Source: Candidatus Korarchaeum cryptofilum OPF8 (GTDB taxonomy: Archaea > Korarchaeota > Korarchaeia > Korarchaeales > Korarchaeaceae). From it: a stretch of DNA of 32,000 nt. Positions 26,278-32,000 of the stretch are shown here, in pieces. The stretch is taken from assembly GCF_000019605.1 (NCBI RefSeq), contig NC_010482.1, positions 1,200,001 to 1,232,000 of the forward strand. Direction: 5' to 3'. A program made the position numbers and the translations under genes. Within the stretch, counting starts at the first letter, position 1, and every line of letters begins with the position of its first letter. The notes beneath the pieces were generated by a model. The model worked only from the letters and a program-made list of their open reading frames with translations, made no database searches and had not been told where the DNA came from.

Positions 26278-27602
26278 CCTTCGGATCCGAGCATATATTT
26301 CCTGAACATCCCTTCAGCAGCTATTGCGATAGGTTCCAGGACATCGCAGACCTCCGGTTGGTATGCGAATTCCATTATCCTTATATCCTCCACATTGAAT
26401 CCAGCATATATTGCTGCTGTAAGGAATAAGATCCTCTCCCTGACCCCTCTCCTTCCGAAAACCTGACCCCCTAAAAGCTTGCCCTTCCTATCCGTTATCA
26501 ACCAGATGACAGTGTTTTCCTTCCCGGGCATGTACTTCGGCAGGTCGGAACCCGAGAACCTGAATGCCCTATATTCCATCTTAAGGGAATCCGCCCTCGT
26601 CGCTGACAGACCCACGCCCCCGAAGAAATAGTCACCTACCGATACGAGGAACGGCGATAGCGCCCCCAGGTATCTAGTTTTCCCGCCAGCAGCGTTCTCA
26701 GCGGCAATCCTACCCTGAACTAATGCAGTTGAAGCTAAGCCTGTAAGAGTCGGCTTTCCTGAGACGAAATCCTTAACCTCAGCGACATCCCCCGCTGCCA
26801 AGATGTTAGGATCTGATGTGAACATGTACTCATCTACCTTCACCCCTCCCGTCTCCCCTATCACTAGCCCGGAATTCAGAGCCACCTCTATGTTGGGCTT
26901 AGCCCCTATCACGATTATCGCAGTATCAGCCTCTATCTTCCCCTTAGGCGTCACTACATGCGTTAACTTCCCTCCGGATCCCTCCAATCTTTCCATAGGT
27001 GTCTTGAGCATCACCTTGACGCCTAGATCATTCAGAGCGTTCATCACCATCGATGATATGGGCGGATCCACTTTCCCCGGCATAAGCTGCTCCATGGCCT
27101 CTATCAACGTGACATCCCTTCCAGTGCTAGCTAGCTCGGATGCTACCTCTATGCCTGTCGCGCTCCCTCCTACAACTACTACTCTATTCCCCAAATACTT
27201 GAGCAATTCACTCACGGTCTCCAAGTTCCAGACAGTGCCGACTCCCTCTAGATCCATGCCCTCGATCTTAGGTATTATCGGACTCAGACCCGTCGCCAAG
27301 ATCAGCTTGTCATATTGGATGGATTCTTGAGTTCCGTCCCTGATGAAATATAATATTTTTCTCTCTCTGTCTATCTTCTTAGCCTCACTTCTCAATAGCA
27401 CATTTACCTTGCCCCTAGGAACTCTCTCCTCAATATCCTGAGGGGAGAGCTTCCCGCTGAGCACCATTGGAAGTGAGCAGGGATGTATAGCTACATGAAT
27501 CCCCTTCTCAATCACCGTGACATTTGATTCTGGATCCACTTTCTTGAGAACAGCTGCAACTGTCTGACCCGCAGTGCCATGACCTATAACTACGTAATCC
27601 AT
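26274..27602 (-). CDS. FAD-dependent pyridine nucleotide-disulfide oxidoreductase (NADH oxidase / CoA-disulfide reductase family)
   Basis: The first dinucleotide-binding site is VVIGHGTAGQT. A single redox Cys lies in VAIHPCSLPMV. The second dinucleotide site is VVVVGGSATGIE, and AAGDVAE is also present. The start is placed at MDYVVIG (27602) because CTTAAAAATG (27625-27633) looks like its TATA. The ORF-track start is 27626. Confidence 0.8.
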   Translation of the reverse strand: MDYVVIGHGTAGQTVAAVLKKVDPESNVTVIEKGIHVAIHPCSLPMVLSGKLSPQDIEERVPRGKVNVLLRSEAKKIDRERKILYFIRDGTQESIQYDKLILATGLSPIIPKIEGMDLEGVGTVWNLETVSELLKYLGNRVVVVGGSATGIEVASELASTGRDVTLIEAMEQLMPGKVDPPISSMVMNALNDLGVKVMLKTPMERLEGSGGKLTHVVTPKGKIEADTAIIVIGAKPNIEVALNSGLVIGETGGVKVDEYMFTSDPNILAAGDVAEVKDFVSGKPTLTGLASTALVQGRIAAENAAGGKTRYLGALSPFLVSVGDYFFGGVGLSATRADSLKMEYRAFRFSGSDLPKYMPGKENTVIWLITDRKGKLLGGQVFGRRGVRERILFLTAAIYAGFNVEDIRIMEFAYQPEVCDVLEPIAIAAEGMFRKYMLGSEG

Positions 27603-27624
27603 ACTAGTACCGATGTTGTTTTTC

Positions 27625-27633
27625 ATTTTTAAG
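27625..27633. promoter_or_regulatory. A/T-rich TATA-like element between the divergent oxidoreductase and PAC2 paralogue 2
   Basis: ATTTTTAAG is centred ~27 nt from ATG 27602 (minus strand) and 34-43 nt from TTG 27663 / ATG 27672 (plus strand). Confidence 0.35.
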
Positions 27634-27662
27634 CGGATATTCTATGGGAGGAGGGTGTAGGC

Positions 27663-28418
27663 TTGGGATACATGGAGTTGATCAAGCTGAAGGATGTGAG
27701 ACCCAAGAATCCCGTTTTGGTGCAGGGGGTTCCTGGGCTCGGTCTAGTCGGTAAAATAGCAGCAAACTACCTGATAGAATCCCTAGAGTCCGAGAAGATA
27801 GCTGTCATATACAGCGACTACCTGCCCCTGCCCGATGGATCCTCAGGCGTTAGGATCGAGGAGGAAGATATCATACCCCCAAGCTACGATCTTTATCTAG
27901 CTAAGGGAGATAACTTGGATCTCATAATTCTAACTTCAGAGGTTCAACCAACTATTTTCGGCCAGTATGAGATAGGAGAGCTTGTCTTGGATTACGCGAT
28001 TCAGTTGGGCGTTAAAATAGTTATAACCATGGGAGGCTACGTCCCCGGTTCTCCTGAGGTTAAGGGCGTATTCGCCTGCTCGAACGATGAGGAGTTCATG
28101 AAGAAGCTCAACGAGGTCGGAGTTAAGCCGCTGACCGGAGGCTATGTGACCGGTGCTGCCGGACTGTTAGTGGGGTTAGCGGACCTCAAGGGTTTAACGA
28201 GCGCCTGCCTCTTGGGAACGACAAATGGGGCATTTCCGGATCCAAAAGCATCTAAAATGGTATTAGAAGCTCTTTCAAAGCTTTTCAAATTTGAAATAGA
28301 CTTAGAAAAGCTGGAAAAGGAGGCTGAGATAGCTGCTGAAGTTATGAAGGAGGAGGTGAAGCTCCCGGAGACCGAGATTTATAAGGAGGAAGAGAAAGGA
28401 CTCCCATATCACGGCTGA
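27663..28418 (+). CDS. PAC2-family protein, paralogue 2
   Basis: VLVQGVPGLGLVGKIAANYL, LIILTSEVQP, IVITMGGY and FPDPKASKMVLEAL, with a helical acidic tail. The N-terminus (L/M)GYMELIKL parallels MGWMKIIEL of paralogue 1, which favours TTG 27663 over ATG 27672. Confidence 0.65.
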   Translation: MGYMELIKLKDVRPKNPVLVQGVPGLGLVGKIAANYLIESLESEKIAVIYSDYLPLPDGSSGVRIEEEDIIPPSYDLYLAKGDNLDLIILTSEVQPTIFGQYEIGELVLDYAIQLGVKIVITMGGYVPGSPEVKGVFACSNDEEFMKKLNEVGVKPLTGGYVTGAAGLLVGLADLKGLTSACLLGTTNGAFPDPKASKMVLEALSKLFKFEIDLEKLEKEAEIAAEVMKEEVKLPETEIYKEEEKGLPYHG

Positions 28419-28428
28419 GGGTGATCCT

Positions 28429-29415
28429 ATGCCGAGGAAGGATGATGAGATTCCCGTGTATGCTCCTGAGGTGCCCGTAAGGGGAAGACCCGGTCCTAAA
28501 GTTTTCATGATTGCTTTTATAATTTTAATAATTTTGATTCTATCCTACCTCAGCGTATATATCGTGGATCTAGGCTACGCAGCTGTTACAGTAGACCCTA
28601 TAACTGGGAAGATCTCGGATCCCGTTGTAGGGCCTAGAGTAGCATTTAAGATGCCCTGGCAATACGTCAAGGAGGTTTACATAGCCACAGACGTCCTCCA
28701 TATGTGGACCGATATTAATGCGACGAGATACGGTTACGGTAGCTCCATAGGGGATTATCCGGCTGTGGAAACCCTCACTAAAGATGGATTACAAGCTTGG
28801 ATCGATATAACAGTGAGGTGGCATATCTCCCCGAGCTCCCTGCCAGTACTCGTGAGGAATTACCCTGCTATAGATTATGAGGACAAGCTAATAGTCCCAG
28901 CGATAAGGCAGGTTTGCAGAGATGTAGTATCGAATTATGAGGCAGCGGAGGTCCCTTTGGCCAGAGGAAAGATAGGCGTTGAGATCTTTGAAGCACTCCA
29001 ATCCTCTCTGAGCAAGGATCCCACGACTGGAGGAGGCATAATATTGGATGAGGTCTACATCAGGAACATAAGGCTACCTGATGAGTTCCTGAAGGCGATA
29101 CAGGAGAAGCTGACCTCTCAGCAGAGGATGATAGCTGCATACTTCGAGAGGAACAGGACTCTCATACTAGCGAACGCCAGCGCTACCGCTAAGGTCTTAG
29201 AAGCTGAAGGGGAAGCAAAATCCAGGCTTATATTGATAAATGCAACATCCAAAATCGTTGATATACTCGTTAAGAAGGGAGCTAAGCCCGATGAGATAGC
29301 CTCTCTCCTCGTTTATATGGAGGGGCTGAAGGATATCTCTAAATCCAATGCCACTATAGTGATCGCGGGTGGGGGCAATATACCCCTAATATATCCCATA
29401 AGAGGAGGTGGTTGA
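28429..29415 (+). CDS. SPFH/band-7 (prohibitin/stomatin-like) membrane protein
   Basis: An N-terminal TM helix (VFMIAFIILIILILSYLSVYIV), then an SPFH core (TKDGLQAWIDITVRWHI ... GIILDEVYIRNIRLPDEFLKAIQEK ... coiled-coil AEGEAKS). GGTGAT-N3-ATG SD. Confidence 0.8.
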   Translation: MPRKDDEIPVYAPEVPVRGRPGPKVFMIAFIILIILILSYLSVYIVDLGYAAVTVDPITGKISDPVVGPRVAFKMPWQYVKEVYIATDVLHMWTDINATRYGYGSSIGDYPAVETLTKDGLQAWIDITVRWHISPSSLPVLVRNYPAIDYEDKLIVPAIRQVCRDVVSNYEAAEVPLARGKIGVEIFEALQSSLSKDPTTGGGIILDEVYIRNIRLPDEFLKAIQEKLTSQQRMIAAYFERNRTLILANASATAKVLEAEGEAKSRLILINATSKIVDILVKKGAKPDEIASLLVYMEGLKDISKSNATIVIAGGGNIPLIYPIRGGG

Positions 29416-29829
29416 TTGAGATCCTTTGACCTGAAAAGAGTTCACTTGCTCAGGGTGGATCAGGGGAAAGAAGTCTTGAGTGAAATTTTGAGGGTATGCG
29501 ATGAGAATAATATTAAAGCAGCAATTATAATTGGATTAGGACTCCTTTCGAGAAGTAAGATAGCTTTCTTCGATATAGAAACTCAGAGCTATAGGTATAT
29601 GAATGTAGAGGAACCCATGGAACTGGCCTCGTTAGTAGGAAACGTGAGCTTGAAGGAAGGTAAGCCTTTCGCTCACGTGCATGTAGTATTGGGGGATGGG
29701 AGGAGGGCTTTAGCGGGTCACCTGGTCGAGGGCTATGTGGGCGGAACTGTTGAAATCACCATCTTCGAGCTCGAAGGGGAGCTCGTGAGGGATATCGTAA
29801 GCGGAGGGCTCGTCCTCCTCAACGTTTAA
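29416..29829 (+). CDS. PPC (DUF296) domain protein
   Basis: HLLRVDQGKEVLSEILRVCDENNIKAAIIIGLG...MELASLVGNVS...PFAHVHVVLGD...ALAGHLVEG fits the PPC/DUF296 pattern. The TTG start is the codon immediately after the in-frame TGA of the SPFH gene. GGAGGTG lies 5 nt upstream. Confidence 0.65.
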   Translation: MRSFDLKRVHLLRVDQGKEVLSEILRVCDENNIKAAIIIGLGLLSRSKIAFFDIETQSYRYMNVEEPMELASLVGNVSLKEGKPFAHVHVVLGDGRRALAGHLVEGYVGGTVEITIFELEGELVRDIVSGGLVLLNV

Positions 29830-30692
29830 GCTCCACTCAAGGACTCCTTCAAGTACTCAACGAGTGACTCAAGTTCCTCGAGCGCCCTCTTCCTTTTTCT
29901 GTTGACTTCATCACAATCTAAAAGTTCCAAATTCATCTCTAACGTTATAGGTGTTATCGAAATAGCCCTCTCCACCGTCAAGGCATAAAGATCTGTCCCT
30001 CTGTCTTTCTCAGTCACTGGAACAGGGTTTCCACCGAGCCAATAGTAAGGGTTCCCCCTCGTATCTATCCTCTCAAGCACATAGTTCTCATACTTCGCCC
30101 TAGCTAATCTCGTTATCCTTATGGGAGTATCTTGAGAGACCCTGTAGGGGAAGTTGACGTTCAGGAGATCCACTCCCTCCGGCATCCCCCTCCTGAGGAT
30201 CCAATCAGTTATTTTAGCTGCTATCCTCGCATGAGTGAGGAACCTATCCACCGGCCTGCTGAGCTGTCCCCCGGGGATCTCGACGCTGAAGGCTGAGGAC
30301 TTTATACCCATTATGGAAGCCTGCAGTGCTGCAGCTATCGTACCGCTAGTGAATAGATTATCCAGTGTTATGTTATCCCCTACATTTATCCCTGATACAA
30401 CTATATCGGGCGTTGAATTCATTATGAATTTTAGAGCTACAGTAACAGCGTCTCCGGGAGTCCCACTGACCGTGAAGGCCTCTCTATAACCGAACCCACT
30501 AACCTTGACCGGCAGTTTTCTTATCCTAAGGGGTTTATGTAGTGTTATTCCCTTGCCAGCCGCACTCATCTCGTGCTCGGGGACGACTACAGTTACCTTC
30601 CCTATTTTCGCCTCTAATAAAGCGATCCAAAGGGCTCTGAATGGTGCTGAATGGATCCCATCATCGTTCGTTAAGAGTATCTCACTTTCCAT
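29826..30692 (-). CDS. surE: 5'/3'-nucleotidase SurE
   Basis: ILLTNDDGIHSAPFRAL, GTPGDAV, SGINVGDN and SGTIAAA. Confidence 0.88.
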   Translation of the reverse strand: MESEILLTNDDGIHSAPFRALWIALLEAKIGKVTVVVPEHEMSAAGKGITLHKPLRIRKLPVKVSGFGYREAFTVSGTPGDAVTVALKFIMNSTPDIVVSGINVGDNITLDNLFTSGTIAAALQASIMGIKSSAFSVEIPGGQLSRPVDRFLTHARIAAKITDWILRRGMPEGVDLLNVNFPYRVSQDTPIRITRLARAKYENYVLERIDTRGNPYYWLGGNPVPVTEKDRGTDLYALTVERAISITPITLEMNLELLDCDEVNRKRKRALEELESLVEYLKESLSGA

Positions 30693-31395
30693 GTTTAGAC
30701 CTCAGTGATCTGACTAAGTCCATGGCATATTTCTCCTCAGGCTGGGAGCCCACTGAGGTATCTAAGATCACCTCATTTCCATCTTCCCTCATTAATATGA
30801 CGTTATGGGGGACTGCTGAGACTTGATAACTATCAGCTAGATCGGGATTCTCATATGCCTCTATGCAATCCGCCTCTATGATCCCCTTCAATTCTATAGC
30901 GAATTTATTCGCTAGGAGGACCTGGTAGGGGCAGTATGGGCACGTCGGTGTGACGAAAGTCATTATATGTATATCTTTATGATCAAACTGGCGAACGGAA
31001 CCCAGAATTTCTTTGGTCCTCTCACTCAACCCGCTCTCATCTCTGCTGAGCAGGATGATCGTTTCAACGAAAGCCCAGGCCTCGTATCCCAGTGGGGCGC
31101 CCATGTACCTTATCTTATAGCCTTTCCTCGGATCTAGAAGTATTGTCGGAGTTCTAGTGACGTTGAATTCCTCTAGGGCTTCTGGATCTATTTTAACGTC
31201 TATTACTCTTACTTCTATCATATCTGAGAGACTCCCTAACTCTAAGAGTAAGCTCTCCGTCCATTCAGAGTATTCTTCATTCCCGAGCCCCTTTAATAGG
31301 AGAATTTCAACTGGTCTGACCATCTCCGATTCAAACCTAGCTCTTAGCTGAGCAGCTGTTTGCTCATCTATTATTCTTCCTCCTTTCGAAGACAT
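30682..31395 (-). CDS. glutaredoxin-like protein disulfide oxidoreductase (two thioredoxin-fold units, PDO type)
   Basis: The C-terminal unit has TPTCPYCPY (CPYC). The N-terminal unit has no CxxC (EYSEW at the equivalent place). The stop overlaps the surE start by 11 nt. Confidence 0.75.
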   Translation of the reverse strand: MSSKGGRIIDEQTAAQLRARFESEMVRPVEILLLKGLGNEEYSEWTESLLLELGSLSDMIEVRVIDVKIDPEALEEFNVTRTPTILLDPRKGYKIRYMGAPLGYEAWAFVETIILLSRDESGLSERTKEILGSVRQFDHKDIHIMTFVTPTCPYCPYQVLLANKFAIELKGIIEADCIEAYENPDLADSYQVSAVPHNVILMREDGNEVILDTSVGSQPEEKYAMDLVRSLRSKHGK

Positions 31396-31424
31396 ACTTC
31401 CACCGACTCAAGGTGAGTGGGATC

Positions 31425-31434
31425 TATTTAAAAA
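31425..31434. promoter_or_regulatory. TATA box (TTTTTAAATA on minus strand) for the PDO-surE operon; possibly bidirectional
   Basis: Lies ~30 nt upstream of ATG 31395, with GGTGG 5 nt before the ATG. It is the same CTATTTAAAAA 11-mer as the 5S promoter. Confidence 0.5.
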
Positions 31435-31872
31435 TTCGCGATCGATTGATTGACGACCTTTAAGATGCCTGATCTTAATTCAGGTGCTTTATTATGGGAT
31501 CCAGATTCCTTCAGAGATCCACACTGCTTAGCATGCCCTCTTAAGCATAGGGGCATTGCCTCGGAACGGCTTCTAAGAGGAGACTATAAGTTGAGATGTT
31601 ACCTCTGGGATCTCTCAAACGTACAGTTTATCGCCTAAAATAGGCATTATTCCCTGAGAGATATTGAATATCCGGTTTAGTTGATTTATATTTTTCTCTA
31701 TATCTTTGAGATTCATAAAAAAGATCGGTTTATTTTCTGTATTATATAAATCTAATTTTAAATTCATTACCTAATAGAACAATTATATTTATAAATTTTC
31801 TTATAATGGAGGAGAATGTAAAAATACTCTAAAGAGGGGGGTTAGATATCTTTTTACCTTATACCTCTCCCT

Positions 31873-32000
31873 ATGAAATGGGGTGATGTTCCTCTGATAG
31901 AGATAAGATGGCATGGAAGAGGGGGCCAAGGTGTTTGGAGCGGTTCCGCTGTCCTCGCTTATGCCGCGATAAAAGCTGGAAAATATGCTCAATCTTTCCC
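31873..32000 (+). CDS. 2-oxoacid (pyruvate/2-ketoisovalerate):ferredoxin oxidoreductase gamma subunit, N-terminal 42 aa (continues beyond the window)
   Basis: Not in the ORF track because it is truncated. ATG 31873 gives MKWGDVPLIEIRWHGRGGQGVWSGSAVLAYAAIKAGKYAQSF, which carries the gamma-subunit signature EIRxHGRGGQG. Confidence 0.7.
   Translation, partial: MKWGDVPLIEIRWHGRGGQGVWSGSAVLAYAAIKAGKYAQSF

Noticed and set aside
29413-29415. The in-frame TGA between SPFH and PPC as a selenocysteine codon.
   Set aside because: No Cys/Sec-type redox context surrounds it (GGG-TGA-LRS). Archaeal Sec usage is known essentially from methanogens (and reported in some Asgard lineages), with 3'-UTR SECIS elements, and I see no such hairpin downstream of the PPC gene, which directly overlaps surE.
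31640-31870. A/T-rich 230-bp stretch as a replication origin.
   Set aside because: I could find no ORB-like inverted repeats (GGAAA...GGGG type) flanking it, and no orc1/cdc6 or other initiator gene is adjacent. It is adequately explained as the promoter region of the downstream operon.
1-32000. Scan for CRISPR repeats, IS/transposase, integrase, toxin-antitoxin pairs, tRNA genes and inteins.
   Set aside because: No spaced direct repeats, no transposase or integrase-like ORFs, no cloverleaf-compatible sequence in any spacer, and no intein-sized insertions in PolB, RadA or the aaRS genes. The window looks like core chromosome.

Overview
This is a very gene-dense archaeal chromosome segment, with about 36 genes on both strands and mostly housekeeping functions. 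Archaeal identity rests on ribosomal protein eS26, RadA, a family-B DNA polymerase, archaeal-type ProRS/IleRS/AspRS, ApgM and a glutaredoxin-like PDO. It is also supported by A/T-rich TATA elements about 26 nt upstream of starts and GGTGAT Shine-Dalgarno sites. The codon and amino-acid style (AGG/AGA Arg, ATA Ile, E/K/R/I-rich proteins), an orphan 5S rRNA gene and eS26 suggest a thermophilic TACK/korarchaeote-like lineage; this is inference only.

Gene order:
- proS (partial), eS26, polB(-), thiI, 5S rRNA(-), ileS, aspS.
- A large glycosylated surface protein, a degenerate DHH/RecJ-like protein, a NifX-like protein, a Thg1-like protein and a YfcE-type phosphodiesterase.
- On the minus strand: aminotransferase, UPF0104-like membrane protein, PfkB kinase and tmk.
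- prs, a small membrane protein, radA, an LbH acyltransferase(-).
- A ThiS-like ORF, an orphan 106-codon ORF and the TtuA/Ncs6 thiolase, then apgM(-).
- PAC2 paralogue 1, PadR and DUF354, then NADH oxidase/CoADR(-).
- PAC2 paralogue 2, SPFH and PPC/DUF296, then surE(-), PDO(-), and the start of a 2-oxoacid:ferredoxin oxidoreductase gamma subunit.

I see no CRISPR array, transposase, integrase or obvious defence island, and no convincing evidence for a wholly new multi-gene system. The items most worth a second look are:
1. A PolB with intact polymerase motifs but substituted exonuclease motifs.
2. A ThiS-like (no GG) / orphan ORF / TtuA operon with stop codons embedded in the next gene's SD.
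3. Two PAC2 paralogues each heading an operon. One operon has an SPFH gene and a PPC gene in the same frame, separated only by one TGA.
4. A catalytically degenerate RecJ/DHH-like gene.
5. Two outlier non-coding or orphan stretches (21.5-21.85 kb and 31.4-31.87 kb).

All product calls come from motifs read in the translations. No database search was possible.
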